64,000 nt of DNA from an uncultured delta proteobacterium (GCA_963806225.1 CAWDXG010000004.1:448001-512000), one strand, 5' to 3'. Shown: positions 51,376 to 62,340, counted from the stretch's first letter. Numbers and translations: made by a program. The notes: generated from the sequence alone by a model not told the origin.

Positions 51376-52734
51376 ATGCGCGCTTCGCTCGCCGCCCCCC
51401 TCCTGCCTCCGCTGGCGCTCCTCGCGCTCCTGGCGTCCTGCACCAGCTCCTCGACCGGCACCCCCACGCCGACCACACCCACCCTGGTGGCGATCGCGCC
51501 GGACGACTTCCTGGGCAACGTGCCGTGCGCCGACGCGCCGGGGGCCATGCGCCGCTACGTCGCGACGATCTACGACGTGACGCCGGGCATCGGCGGCGAC
51601 GGCGGTCCCACCGAATTCGCCCTGCCGAGCTCGGGGCCGGTGCCCTGCGCCCGGCAGATCGCCTTCGGCGGCGGGTTCGTGCTCCAGGGCCACCGCTACG
51701 TCGCGGACATCCAGGGCTACGACCGGACCGACATCGAACCGCTCGGCAGCGGCAGCAGCGTCATGGTCAACAGCAAGACCGGCGCCGTGGTGAAACCGCG
51801 CTGGACGACCTCCTGCGGCCGCGGAACCCCCTCGACGGCGGGCGATGCGGGCAGCACGGACGCGGGCAGCACCGATGCGGCCAGCACCGACGCGGGCAGC
51901 ACCGATGCGGCCAGCACCGATGCGGCCAGCACCGACGCGGCCAGCACCGATGCGGCCAGCACCGATGCGGCCAGCACCGATGCGGCCGGCGCCGATGCCG
52001 CCGGCGCCGAGGCGGGCGGTGCCGACGCGGGAAGTGCAGACGCAAGCCCCGCCGCTCCGCAACCCACCGGTCACCCCGCGGTCGCCGCACAGTACCAGAC
52101 CGTCTACGTGCGGGGCTGCGCGCCGCTCGCGGCCCAGCAGCCTCCCGGAGTAACCGGGATCTCCGTCGGCATCGACGCCGCCATGCGCTCCCCGCTCGCG
52201 CTGGCGTGCGGCAGCGCCGCCGGCCAGATCGCCCGCTACCGCGTCAGCCTCGACGGCTCCACGACCGCCCCGCTCGAAGCCGCCTGCGATCAGCGCGTCA
52301 CCTTCTTCTCTCTGACGCCCGGCAGCGGCTACCACTTCACGCTCGAGGCGTTCGAGCAGGGCGCGACCGCGCCTACGTGGGCGACGCACTGCTTCCAGAC
52401 CACGCTCGACGGCGCGATCGCGCCCGCTGCCTGCGATCCCCTGACCGACCAGGGAGGCATCCAGCTCGACTCCGCCGCGCTGCTGGCAAAGCTGGGTCTA
52501 TCCTGCGGCGACCAGCTCGTGGCGCTCGACGCCGAGCTCGCTACCACACCGGTCCAGAGCGCCGTGCAGACGCCGCCAGAGTGCCAGGCGCCGATCCGCT
52601 TCAGCGGGCTCACCGCCGGTCTCTACGGCATCGACGTGACGACCACGCTAACCACGGGTGCGGGACCCAGCGCCAGCTGCGTCGCGTCGGTCGAGCCCGC
52701 CGGCACGTCGCTGGCAAAGTGCACGCCCAACTAG
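51376..52734 (+). CDS. Cys-rich lipoprotein with STDAA repeat linker
   Basis: Lipobox LASC; paired Cys. Confidence 0.75.
   Translation: MRASLAAPLLPPLALLALLASCTSSSTGTPTPTTPTLVAIAPDDFLGNVPCADAPGAMRRYVATIYDVTPGIGGDGGPTEFALPSSGPVPCARQIAFGGGFVLQGHRYVADIQGYDRTDIEPLGSGSSVMVNSKTGAVVKPRWTTSCGRGTPSTAGDAGSTDAGSTDAASTDAGSTDAASTDAASTDAASTDAASTDAASTDAAGADAAGAEAGGADAGSADASPAAPQPTGHPAVAAQYQTVYVRGCAPLAAQQPPGVTGISVGIDAAMRSPLALACGSAAGQIARYRVSLDGSTTAPLEAACDQRVTFFSLTPGSGYHFTLEAFEQGATAPTWATHCFQTTLDGAIAPAACDPLTDQGGIQLDSAALLAKLGLSCGDQLVALDAELATTPVQSAVQTPPECQAPIRFSGLTAGLYGIDVTTTLTTGAGPSASCVASVEPAGTSLAKCTPN
51844..52045. repeat. 15-bp coding tandem repeat (STDAA/STDAG)
   Basis: AGCACCGATGCGGCC and variants, about 13 units. 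Confidence 0.92.
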
Positions 52735-52737
52735 TCC

Positions 52738-53628
52738 ATGCCGCCCCACGACGCCGATCAGATGTCCATGGCCCTGCCCAAGCCGGGCAAGGGCCTGATG
52801 GGCGTGCTGGTCGCGCTGCTCGCCATCTGGCTGATGTTCGCGCTGGCGATCAACTGGGGCGGCGCCGGCGCGGGCCTCTTCGACCTGTTCTGCGGCAACA
52901 ACGCCGCCATCCTGCACGGGCAGATATGGCGCCTCGTCACCGCGCCGCTGATGCACATGCCCAGCGGCAGCATCGGCCACATCATCTTCGCCCTGCTCGG
53001 CCTGTACTTCCTGTCGCCGAGCCTCGAGGAGACGTGGGGCACGCCGCGCTTCTTGCGCTTCCTGCTCTTCAGCGGCGTGCTCGCCTACGCGCTCCAGATG
53101 CTGGTGGTGATCGTGATCCCGTCGGCAGCGAAGCTCGTGCCCTACTACTGGTTCGGCGCCATGCCCGTTGTGGAGGCCGTCGCCATCGCGTGGGCGATGA
53201 GCTTCAGGGGCCAGACCGTGAACCTGATGTTCATCCTGCCCATCTCCTCCACCTGGCTGATCGTGTTCGTGATCGCCGTCAGCGTGCTGCGCGTGATCGC
53301 CCTGTCCCATGCGCCCGAGGGCCTGCTCTCGCCCTTCGGCGGCATGTTCGCCGGCTGGCTGCTCGGCGGCGGCACCCCCTCTCCGCTGCGCCGCTTCTAC
53401 CTGCGCTTCAAGCTCGGCCAGCTCGAGAAGAAAGTCGAACGCGAAACCGAGCGCACCCGCACCGCTCGCAAGCAGCGCGTCCAACGCTCCGGCTTCAAGG
53501 TCATCGAAGGCGGCAGCTCCCCCGACAACGACGACGAGCCCCCCTCCGGCCCCCGCGGCGGCAACGGCAACGGCAACGGCCATGGCGGCAACGGACAGAC
53601 CGGCCCGAACGGCCGCTGGCTGAACTAG
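52738..53628 (+). CDS. Rhomboid-superfamily membrane protein lacking the catalytic dyad
   Basis: GQIWRLVTAPLMH..GHIIF, LEETWG..RF; GAMP replaces GxSG, SPFGG replaces AHxGG. Confidence 0.8.
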   Translation: MPPHDADQMSMALPKPGKGLMGVLVALLAIWLMFALAINWGGAGAGLFDLFCGNNAAILHGQIWRLVTAPLMHMPSGSIGHIIFALLGLYFLSPSLEETWGTPRFLRFLLFSGVLAYALQMLVVIVIPSAAKLVPYYWFGAMPVVEAVAIAWAMSFRGQTVNLMFILPISSTWLIVFVIAVSVLRVIALSHAPEGLLSPFGGMFAGWLLGGGTPSPLRRFYLRFKLGQLEKKVERETERTRTARKQRVQRSGFKVIEGGSSPDNDDEPPSGPRGGNGNGNGHGGNGQTGPNGRWLN

Positions 53629-53641
53629 CCTCCAGGAGTGC

Positions 53642-53955
53642 AGGGTTGCCCCGCGCGCGCGGCGGCGATGGCGCGGTCGGCGTGCTCGCCCTCCGGGCTC
53701 CGCGCGCCGGGGCCCCCAAGCGCGGCGCCCCGCGCCGCGCGGGGCCCCAACCCCACCCCGCGACGTGCCCGCGCAGCGCGCGCGCGGCGCGCGGCGCGCG
53801 TTCTTGCCTCCGAGCTCCGGCTTGGCGCCCTTTTCAGGCGCCTCGCGCGCGTTTTCGCCTCCGAGCTCCGGCGTGGAGCGCTCCCCCGAGCGCGCAGCGG
53901 GCCAAAGCGTGGCAATATGCCACGTAAAGCGCGCCAATATGGTGCATTTATGCAC
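53642..53955. repeat. Intergenic GC-rich repeat element with direct repeats and palindromes
   Basis: 28-bp direct repeats 53794-53821 and 53845-53872; palindromes 53908-53924 and 53942-53955; 5' part resembles 57056-57145. Confidence 0.6.
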
Positions 53956-53982
53956 ACTCCGCGCGTGTAGTGTGGCAATTCG

Positions 53983-55434
53983 CTATAGTATCGGCGATAC
54001 GAGGCGCGCGGCGCCTTCGCCGACCTTGGCGATCCAGCGACGGCTGCGCCACTCGTCGATGTCGATGCGGAACGACGCGGCGAGGTCGCGCTCGAAGCTC
54101 TGCTCGAGCGCGTCGGCGACGACCTGGTCGTGGAGCAGCGTGTGCACCTCGAAGTTCAGGCGGAAGCTGCGTAGATCCATGTTCGCGCTGCCGACCAGCG
54201 CGACGTGCGCGTCGACCAGCATCGTCTTGGCGTGGATCATCGCCGGCTCGTATTCGTAGATGCCGACGCCGGCCTCGAGCAGCTCGGCGTACCAACTGCG
54301 TCCGGCCCAATGGGTCACCTTGTGGTTGCTGCGGCGTGGAAGGATGATCTTCACGTCCACGCCGCGCAGCGCGGCGGTCTCGAGCGCGACCGTCAACGAG
54401 CGGTCGGGGACGAAATACGGGGTGGTGATCCACACGCGGCGCTGGGCGCTGACGATGGCGATGAAGAAGGTGCGGTGGATGGCTTCGATGGGGTTGTCGG
54501 GGCCGCTGGGCACCACGGCGATGTTGGCGTCGCCCGCGGGCTCCGGCGCGGGGAAGAAGCGCTCCTCCACTTGGCTTTGACCGGTCATGAAGTGCCAGTC
54601 GCGCAGGAACACGCTGGTCAGCGACGCGACGGCCGGCCCCTGGATGCCGACGTGCGTGTCGCGCCAGGCCGGCTGGTGGCGCGAGCCGGCGGTGTACTCG
54701 TCGCCGATGTTGACGCCGCCCGTGAAGGCGACGTGTCCGTCGACCACCAGCACCTTGCGGTGGTTGCGCAGGTTCATCGGCAGCCGCAGCGCCTGGCTGA
54801 GCGGCAGGAACTCGACGACCTGGGCCCCGGCGCGCCGCAGCGGCGCGTACCAGCGCTTCGGGATCCAGAAACAGCCGTACGCATCCACGAGCAGGCGCAC
54901 CTCGACGCCGCGCTGGGCCGCGGCGACGAGCTTGTCGCGAAAGCGCCGCCCCGTTTCGTCGTCGCGGATCAGGTACGACTCGACGAGCACGCTGCTCTCC
55001 GCTTCGTCGATGGCGCGTTCCATCGCCGCGACGGCGGATTGGCCGTCGGCGAAGAGCTCGACAGAGTTGTCGTGCGTGAGCTCCGTCGTGATACCGAGCC
55101 CGGCACACACGCGGAAGATGCGGCGCGCGGTCGCGCCCAGTCCGCCCAGCTCCTGCTCGATGTCGAGACGCGAGGGGCGTCCGCGCGCAGCACGCAGGCG
55201 CGCGGTCAGCACGCTGTCCGCGGCGCGCTTGCGCCGTGCAGGCCAGCGCAGCCGATCGCGCCCGTGGAGCAGAAAGAGCGCCGCGCCGACACCAGGCAGG
55301 AACAGGAGCGCCAGGATCCAGGCGATGGTGCTGGCCGGATCGCGGCGGCGGAGCAGCACCAGCGGCACCAGGGCGAGTGCGAAAACCTCGACTGCCACGC
55401 CGACGTAAGGCAGGAGCTGTTCCCACAGGCCCAT
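53983..55434 (-). CDS. cls: Cardiolipin synthase
   Basis: N-terminal TMs; NHRKVLVVDG and HAKTMLVD HKD motifs; TPYFVP. Confidence 0.94.
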   Translation of the reverse strand: MGLWEQLLPYVGVAVEVFALALVPLVLLRRRDPASTIAWILALLFLPGVGAALFLLHGRDRLRWPARRKRAADSVLTARLRAARGRPSRLDIEQELGGLGATARRIFRVCAGLGITTELTHDNSVELFADGQSAVAAMERAIDEAESSVLVESYLIRDDETGRRFRDKLVAAAQRGVEVRLLVDAYGCFWIPKRWYAPLRRAGAQVVEFLPLSQALRLPMNLRNHRKVLVVDGHVAFTGGVNIGDEYTAGSRHQPAWRDTHVGIQGPAVASLTSVFLRDWHFMTGQSQVEERFFPAPEPAGDANIAVVPSGPDNPIEAIHRTFFIAIVSAQRRVWITTPYFVPDRSLTVALETAALRGVDVKIILPRRSNHKVTHWAGRSWYAELLEAGVGIYEYEPAMIHAKTMLVDAHVALVGSANMDLRSFRLNFEVHTLLHDQVVADALEQSFERDLAASFRIDIDEWRSRRWIAKVGEGAARLVSPIL

Positions 55435-55553
55435 CGTCCGCGAAGGTAGCCATGGCCGGCCCCGCCCGCCCATCCCGTTGTGACAACGGCTGGAAATCAC
55501 GGGCTTTGGCGGACGGCGCACGGCGGGGCCGGGATTCGTGCTAGGAGGCGGCC

Positions 55554-56108
55554 ATGCGCGAGCTGCTCGATGCGGACAGTGTGTCGCGCGGCCTGCGTCG
55601 CGTCGCCGGCGAGATCATCGAACGGGCGCGCGGCGTCGAGGGGCTGGTGCTGGTCGGCGTGCGCCGCGGTGGCATTCCGGTGGCGCGCGAGCTGGCGCGC
55701 TGGATCAACGAGCTCGAGGGGCACGATGTCCCGGTCGGCAGCGTCGACATCACGCTCTACCGGGACGACGCCGCCACAGCACTACCGAATCCTCGCATCG
55801 GCCCGAGCGAAATCCCCTGCGCGCTCGAAGGCCGGCACGTCGTGCTCGTGGACGACGTGGTGTTCACGGGCCGCACGGTGCGCGCCGCCATCGACGCGCT
55901 CATGGACTACGGCAGGCCGCGACGCATCGAGCTGGCCGCCGTGGTCGATCGCGGCGGCCGCGAGCTGCCCCTGCAGCCGGACTACGTGGTGAAGGCGGTG
56001 GAAGTCGGACCGGATACGCGCGTGGACGTGATCGAGGACAGCGCAGGGCTGCACGCATTCGTGCAGCCGATGAGCGCCCCGTCGGTGCCGCCTGGAGAGA
56101 GCACATGA
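55554..56108 (+). CDS. pyrR: PyrR regulator / uracil phosphoribosyltransferase
   Basis: [28 protein letters not shown]. Confidence 0.94.
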   Translation: MRELLDADSVSRGLRRVAGEIIERARGVEGLVLVGVRRGGIPVARELARWINELEGHDVPVGSVDITLYRDDAATALPNPRIGPSEIPCALEGRHVVLVDDVVFTGRTVRAAIDALMDYGRPRRIELAAVVDRGGRELPLQPDYVVKAVEVGPDTRVDVIEDSAGLHAFVQPMSAPSVPPGEST

Positions 56109-57043
56109 GCGAGCCGCAGCTGAAACACCTGCTCGGCATCGAGGGCATGGATCGCGAAACGGCGCTGCGCATCCTCGATACCTCGGCGGCGTTCCTCGAG
56201 ATCACCCGGCGCCCGGTGCGCAAGGTCCCGACGCTGCGCGGCAAGACCATCATCAACATGTTCTACGAGGCGTCGACGCGCACGCGCACCTCGTTCGAGC
56301 TCGCGGGCAAACGCCTCAGCGCCGATGTCGTCAACTTCGGCGGCTCGTCGACCAGCGTGAGCAAGGGCGAGACGCTGCGCGATACGGCCGCCACGCTCGA
56401 CGCCATGCACGCGGACGTGATCGTGATTCGCCACCGCGCATCTGGCGCCGCGCAGTACCTGGCCGACCGCACGCGCGCCGGCATCGTGAACGCGGGCGAC
56501 GGCATGCACGAGCATCCGACGCAGGCGCTGCTCGACGCGTTCACGATCCGCCAGCACAAGCCGTCGCTCGACGGCCTCACCGTGGCCATCTGCGGCGACA
56601 TCGCACACAGCCGCGTGGCGCGCTCGAACGCGCTCTTGCTGCCGCTGCTCGGCGCCAAGGTACGCCTCGCCGGCCCGCGCACCATGCTGCCGCCTTTCCC
56701 GGAGGCACTCGGCTGCGAGGTGTACGACAGGCTCGAGCCGGCCATCGAAGGCGCCGACGTGGTGATGATGTTGCGCATCCAGCTCGAGCGCATGAAGGGC
56801 GCGTCGTTCTCGACACTGCGCGAGTACTCGCGTGTGTTCGGGCTGACCCGCGAGCGGCTCGAGCGCTCGAAGCCGGACGCCATCGTGATGCATCCCGGTC
56901 CGATGAACCGCGGCGTGGAAATCGCCGAGGACGTGGCGGACGGACCGCGCAGCGTCGTGCTCGAACAGGTGGAGTCCGGCGTCGCCGTGCGCATGGCCGT
57001 CCTCTACCTCTGCGCCAGCGAGCCCGGCCAGAGCCGCGAGTAG
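56105..57043 (+). CDS. pyrB: Aspartate carbamoyltransferase
   Basis: [36 protein letters not shown]. Confidence 0.96.
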   Translation: MSEPQLKHLLGIEGMDRETALRILDTSAAFLEITRRPVRKVPTLRGKTIINMFYEASTRTRTSFELAGKRLSADVVNFGGSSTSVSKGETLRDTAATLDAMHADVIVIRHRASGAAQYLADRTRAGIVNAGDGMHEHPTQALLDAFTIRQHKPSLDGLTVAICGDIAHSRVARSNALLLPLLGAKVRLAGPRTMLPPFPEALGCEVYDRLEPAIEGADVVMMLRIQLERMKGASFSTLREYSRVFGLTRERLERSKPDAIVMHPGPMNRGVEIAEDVADGPRSVVLEQVESGVAVRMAVLYLCASEPGQSRE

Positions 57044-57055
57044 CGCTACCTTTGT

Positions 57056-57170
57056 TGGGGGTGCCCCGCGCACCGTGCCGCGTGGCCCGGCGCGGCGTGC
57101 TCGCCTGCGGCGGCGCGCGCCCGGCCGGGGGCCCACCAAGGCCGGGCGCGCGCCCGGCCGGGGGCCCATC
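57056..57170. repeat. Intergenic repeat element with perfect 24-bp direct repeat
   Basis: GGCGCGCGCCCGGCCGGGGGCCCA at 57112-57135 and 57145-57168. Confidence 0.7.
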
Positions 57171-57326
57171 GTGCATGCGCGGGGTTGTGGGCCCGTGCGC
57201 GGCGCAGCCGCGCGCCGGGGACCACCTGCGGCGCGCAGCCCAGAGGGCGAGCACCGCAGGACGCGGCGCGACGCGCAATGCGGAGGGCATCCCCATGGAA
57301 TACGCTACACCCAGCGCGCGCTCCGG

Positions 57327-58193
57327 CTATCCCGGCGCGATGTCGACCTGGTGCACGGCGAGCGCCTCGTGCCCGAGGAAGCGGCTGGAGACCATCTGGA
57401 AGCTCTGGGGCAGATCGGTAACGAGCAGCTCGAGCCGCGCGCCCGGCGCGCCGCCCGGCGCGGGCGGAATGCGGCCCTCGGCGAGCAGTGCGGCCACGGC
57501 CTGGGCCGTCGCGTGGGCGCTGTCCACGACCGGAACGGCGTGCCCCGCGATCTGCGCCGCGACGCGCGCGATGGTGTCGTAGAGCAGCGGGTAGTGCGTG
57601 CAGCCGAGCACGATGACGCCGGCGCCGGCTTCGAGCAGAGGCTCGAGGTAGCGACGGACGGCGAGCTCCGGCACCTGGCCGTCGAGCCAGCCTTCCTCGA
57701 CCAGCGGAACGAGCAGCGGTGCGGGCTCGGCGACGACCTCGTGGCGCGTCGACAGGCGCCCTACCGCCCGCGGATACGCGCCCGAAGCGATCGTGCCGGC
57801 GGTGCCGAGCACGCCGATGCGCGGCAGCGCGCCCTGTTCGGCCGCAAGCTGGTCCGCCGCTGCCACGCCCGCGCCAGCGCCGGGGTCGACCACGCCCACC
57901 ACGGGCACGTCGAGCTCGGCGCGCAGCATGTCGAGCGCCACGGCGCTCACCGTGTTGCACGCCACGATCAGCGCCTTGATGCCGCGCTCGGTGAGCACGC
58001 GGGCGGAGCCGCGCGCGTAGCGGATCACCGTCTCGGCGGAGCGCGTGCCGTAGGGCACGCGTGCGGTGTCGCCGAGGTAGAGGATGCGTTCTTCCGGCAG
58101 CGCCTGCATCAGCGCGCGCACCACCGTCAGGCCGCCCAGGCCCGAGTCGAAGACCCCGAGCGGCGCTTGTGGATCAAGCCCGGGGGCGGCCAC
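57327..58193 (-). CDS. murI: Glutamate racemase
   Basis: VFDSGLGGLTV, PYG, ACNT, LGCTHYP. Confidence 0.96.
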   Translation of the reverse strand: MAAPGLDPQAPLGVFDSGLGGLTVVRALMQALPEERILYLGDTARVPYGTRSAETVIRYARGSARVLTERGIKALIVACNTVSAVALDMLRAELDVPVVGVVDPGAGAGVAAADQLAAEQGALPRIGVLGTAGTIASGAYPRAVGRLSTRHEVVAEPAPLLVPLVEEGWLDGQVPELAVRRYLEPLLEAGAGVIVLGCTHYPLLYDTIARVAAQIAGHAVPVVDSAHATAQAVAALLAEGRIPPAPGGAPGARLELLVTDLPQSFQMVSSRFLGHEALAVHQVDIAPG

Positions 58194-59507
58194 TCACACG
58201 TCCTCGATGCGGATGAGCCGGGGCGGCCCCTTCATGAAGTGTTCGCTCGCGATACTGTCGAGCGCGGTGCGCACGGCGCCCTCGTGTGCCGCGTGCGTGA
58301 TGATCAACACGGGCACCGCGTCCCCCGCCGCCTCGGCGCGCCCCTCCTGCACCATCTGCTCGATGCTGACGCGCTGCTGGCCGAGCGCGCCGGCAATCGC
58401 GGCGAGCACGCCCGGGTGATCCTCCACGTCGAAGCGCAGGTAGTAGCGCGCCTCGATGCTGGAGAGCGGCTCCAGCGGGCGCTCGGTCAGCTGGATGCCA
58501 CGCGTGGCGAGGCCCTGCTCGCCCTCCAGCCGGGAGCGGGCCACGTCGACGATGTCGGCCACCACGCTGACGGCCGTCGGCATATCGCCAGCGCCGCGCC
58601 CGACCAGCAGGCACGGCCCGAGCGCGCGGCCCATGATGAACACGCCGTTGAGCACACCGTCGATGTTGGCCAGCACGCTCCCCTTCTTGATCAGCGCGGG
58701 ATGCACCCTGAGCGCGATGCGGTCTCCCAGATCGTGCCCGATGGCGAGGTGCTTGATGGTGTAGCCGAAGCGCTCGGCGAAGCGGAAATCGAGCTGGTCG
58801 ATGGCGCGGATCCCCTCGACGGGCACGGCAGACGGGTCCACGCGCGCGCCGAAGGCGAGCATGCTCATCACCACGAGCTTCTGCGCGGCGTCGTGGCCGT
58901 CCACGTCGAGCGAGGGGTCGGCTTCGGCGTAGCCGAGGCGCTGCGCATCGGCGAGCACTTCGTCGAAGGGCAAGCCCTCGTCGCGCATGCGCGTCAGGAT
59001 GTAGTTGCAGGTGCCGTTGAGGATGGCGTGCACGCTCTCCACCCAGTCGCTGGTGAGCGCTTCGCGCAGCGTGCGGATGACCGGAATACCGCCGCCCACG
59101 GAGGCCTCGAACGCCAGATCGATGCCGGCAGCGCTGGCCTTCTCCACGAGCTCGGGGCCGTGCTTGGCGATCAGGAACTTGTTGGCGGTCACCACGCCCT
59201 TGCCCTCGGCGATGGCGCGCTCGATGTAGCTCCGTGCGGGGTTTTCCCCGCCCATCACCTCGACGACGAGATCGAGATCGCCGCCGAAGACGTCGTCGGG
59301 GTTCGTCGTCAGCCACTCGCGACGGCATTCGGGCACCCGATCCTTCTCGACGTCGCGCACCAGCACGTGGCGGATCTCCAGCGGCGCGCCGACGCGCGAC
59401 GCGAGATACTCGGCGTTGTCGTTGATCAGACGGATAACGCCGCCGCCCACCGTGCCGCAACCGAGCAGGCCGATTCTGACAGGAAACTTGACGCGCTCGC
59501 GACTCAC
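58194..59507 (-). CDS. hom: Homoserine dehydrogenase with ACT domain
   Basis: GCGTVG, VVTANK, EASVGGGIP, NGTCNYIL, GYAEADP, DHPGVLA. Confidence 0.95.
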   Translation of the reverse strand: MSRERVKFPVRIGLLGCGTVGGGVIRLINDNAEYLASRVGAPLEIRHVLVRDVEKDRVPECRREWLTTNPDDVFGGDLDLVVEVMGGENPARSYIERAIAEGKGVVTANKFLIAKHGPELVEKASAAGIDLAFEASVGGGIPVIRTLREALTSDWVESVHAILNGTCNYILTRMRDEGLPFDEVLADAQRLGYAEADPSLDVDGHDAAQKLVVMSMLAFGARVDPSAVPVEGIRAIDQLDFRFAERFGYTIKHLAIGHDLGDRIALRVHPALIKKGSVLANIDGVLNGVFIMGRALGPCLLVGRGAGDMPTAVSVVADIVDVARSRLEGEQGLATRGIQLTERPLEPLSSIEARYYLRFDVEDHPGVLAAIAGALGQQRVSIEQMVQEGRAEAAGDAVPVLIITHAAHEGAVRTALDSIASEHFMKGPPRLIRIEDV

Positions 59508-62237
59508 CGCTTGCCCTCCAGCCACTTGTCCACCCCGGCGCCCTGGCTCGCGCGGAGCGCGACGCACTGCTCACCCGCCTCCACGGCCTGTTTGAAATCG
59601 CGGTCCGCGCCCTCGATGTCCTTCGCACTCGACGCGAAGAAGGCCTGCGCCTTCTGGATCTGCGGGCGGTCGCAGAAATACGACAGCACGCCGACCAGCC
59701 GTCCGATGACGAACGAGGGCACGCGCTTCTTCAGCTCCTCGAAGTGTCTCGTCATCCACCAGTACGCGAGATCGCGCGTCGCGCGCCGCTCGAACAACGG
59801 TCGGAAGACGTAGCGCAGGTCCTGGGTCTTGATGGTGCCATCGAGCGTGAGCGCGAGCACCTGGACCGCCAGTTTCGGGTTGTCGAAGCCGGTCAGGCCA
59901 CCAAGCGCAATCAGCCGCTGTTCCGGAGTCCCGGCCGAAACGAGCCTCTTCTTCAATGCGTCGAACAAGAGGACGTCGCCGTGGCGCGCGTACAGCGGCA
60001 CCGCCACCGCCGCGCTGTCCGCATCCACGGAGTCGGGCGCTTCGAGCCACGCCTTGGCCACCGCGGCCGCCTGCCGCTGTGTCCACTTGTCGCTGCCCAG
60101 ATCACCGATCGTGGAGAGCACGTCGCGGCGCAGGAGCGCGTCACCGTCGGGCTCGTGCGGCTTCGGTTTGAAGCCAAGGCGCCGCGCGGTCGGACCGAGC
60201 AGACGATCGACATAGCGAGCGAACGCCGGCTTCGCCTTGTCGTCGACCAGCTTGCGATGGACCAGGCGCAGCGTGGCGGTGACCTGCTGGATCACGGCGC
60301 GGTCGCGCTCGCGGCGCATCAGCGTCTCGAGCGCGCCCAGAAGCTCCGGCGCGGGCAGCGCGCCGCTATCCACCATCGCCCACGCGTTGCCGACGAGCCC
60401 GATGCGCTCGGTCGGTGTCAGATCGCGCTGGGCGCTCCCGGCGAGCTGCTGGAGCTGCTTGGCTGTGAGCGCCGAGCGATAGTAGCCGCCCTCGCCGGCA
60501 TTCGGGTAGACGAGGCCGGGGCACCCCTTCGTCTCGAGTGCGAGCTTGCCCTGCTTGCCGTCGAGCACCGTGCACTGGGTCCGGTGCTTGCCGGCCGCCG
60601 GATAGCTGACGCACACCGGGATCTTCCAGCTGCGCTGCCTATCGGGCGGCTGGGTGCCGAACGCGCGGTACTGCTGCTGCCCGAGAGCCAGCACGGGCTT
60701 CTTGTCCTTGCAGTCCAGCGTGGCGGTGACGAGCGGGACGCCCTTCTGGTCGAGGAAGGTGTCCATGACCGACGCCACGTTCTTGCCGCTCGCCTCGCCC
60801 AGCGCCTTGAACAGGTCGGAGGCCGTCGCATTGCCGAAGCGGTGGGCCTTGACGTAGGCGCGGATCCCCTGCTGGAACTTGTCGGGTCCGAGCCAGCTCT
60901 CCACCATGTCGAGCACGCTCATGCCCTTGACGTAGGTGATGTCGTCGAACGCCTCGAGCGCCTCGCTGGTGCTGCGAACGGGCTGGCGGATCTTGCGGGC
61001 GCTGCCCAGCGCATCCTCGCCCATCACCCAGCTCTTTTCGACGATCTGCCGCTCGTGCGCGCCGAAACCGGGCTGGATCTCGTCGGAGATCTTCGCGCCC
61101 ATCCAGCTGGCGAAGCCTTCGTTGAGCCACAGGTCGTTCCACCAGGCCATGGTGACCAGAATCGCCGAACCACTGGTGCGAGAACTCGTGCGCCATCACG
61201 CCGAGCTCCGCGCGGCGCGCGCGCACCGAGGCGTGCGTGGGGTCGAGCAGCAGGAGCTCCTCGCGGAAGGTGACGAAGCCGGCGTTCTCCATCGCACCCG
61301 CGCCGAAATTCGGCACGGCGACGATGTCCATCTTCTTGTACGGGTAGGGCTGGTCGAAATATTTCGCGAGCGCGTCGAGGATCTCCGGAGCCAGTGCGAG
61401 CGCCATCTTGCCGAGCTTGGCCTTGCCCTTGACCGTGATGAGCCGGATCGGTACCGGCTTCTTCGCGCCCTCGAGCACGTCGAACGGGCCGACGCCCATC
61501 GCCACCAGATAGGTCGGCAGCGGCTTCGACTTCTCGAATGTGTAGGTGACGGTGCCGTCGGGATTGTCCACGCGCTTGTCCACCGGCGTGTTCGACAGCG
61601 CGCGGTCGGCCTTCGGCACGGTGAGATCGAGCGAGAACGGCGTCTTGAAGCCCGGCTCGTCGAAGCAGGGAAACGCGCGCCGCGCGTCGTTGGGCTCGAA
61701 CTGCGTGTAGGCGTAGTCATCGCCGGCATCGTGGACCCGGTACAGCCCGCGGAGGCCTGTGCCGAACGGAGCCTTGTAGTGGATGTCGATGCTCGCGGCT
61801 CCGGGCGCCAGCTCCTCGGGTAGCATGAGCACGAGCTCCTCCGGGGCTTCCCTGCCGTGAGCGGCCATGCGCGAGAGCGGCCGCGCCTTCATGTGCCGGC
61901 CGCCGCCAACGACATCGGCAGACTCGATCTCGAGCTTGCGGGCGTGCATCACGATCGCGTGCGTGGGCTTTGCGACCTGGATGCCGATCCGGACGTGGCC
62001 CTCGAAGCTGTCCTTGGCCGGATCCACGTGCAGCGACAGTTGGTAGCCCGTCGGGCGCACACCTGACGGCAGCCGTCCGTCGTCGCGCGGCGGCGGAGGC
62101 TCGGCGCGGGCGGTGGCCGCGACCGTGGGCGCTGGGCTCGCCGCAGGCTTGACCGCGGGCGGCGGCGCGGCGCAGGAACCAGCTGCGGCGGCGCACGCCA
62201 GCAGCGCGGAAACACGAAGAAGTCGAGGCCGTTGCAT
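59504..62237 (-). CDS. Lipoprotein M1 aminopeptidase, ERAP1-like C-terminus (frameshift near 61161)
   Basis: TQFEP..ARRAFPCFDEP, GAMEN, HEFSHQWFGD then LVTMAWWNDLWLNE after one extra T. Confidence 0.9.
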
Positions 62238-62340
62238 GCGGCGCGCACACTTGCGCGAGCCGGGGAGGCGGTCAAGAGCCGCCGTTGGTGGGTTCGGGGC
62301 CGCCAACGCGCTGCCCCGGGTGGTCGACGGGAAGGCCGCT

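Noticed and set aside
51844..52045. Tandem repeats as CRISPR or non-coding arrays (also 25105-25213, 41275-41520)
   Set aside because: No spacers; unit lengths are multiples of three within coding frames
53794..53872. Mini CRISPR array
   Set aside because: Only two imperfect repeats, a 23-bp self-complementary spacer and no cas genes
55435..55553. PyrR-binding attenuator
   Set aside because: No AGUCCAGAGAGG-like loop or terminator seen
61150..61170. Split aminopeptidase as two genes
   Set aside because: Removing one T restores the canonical FGDLVTMAWW; likely sequencing error
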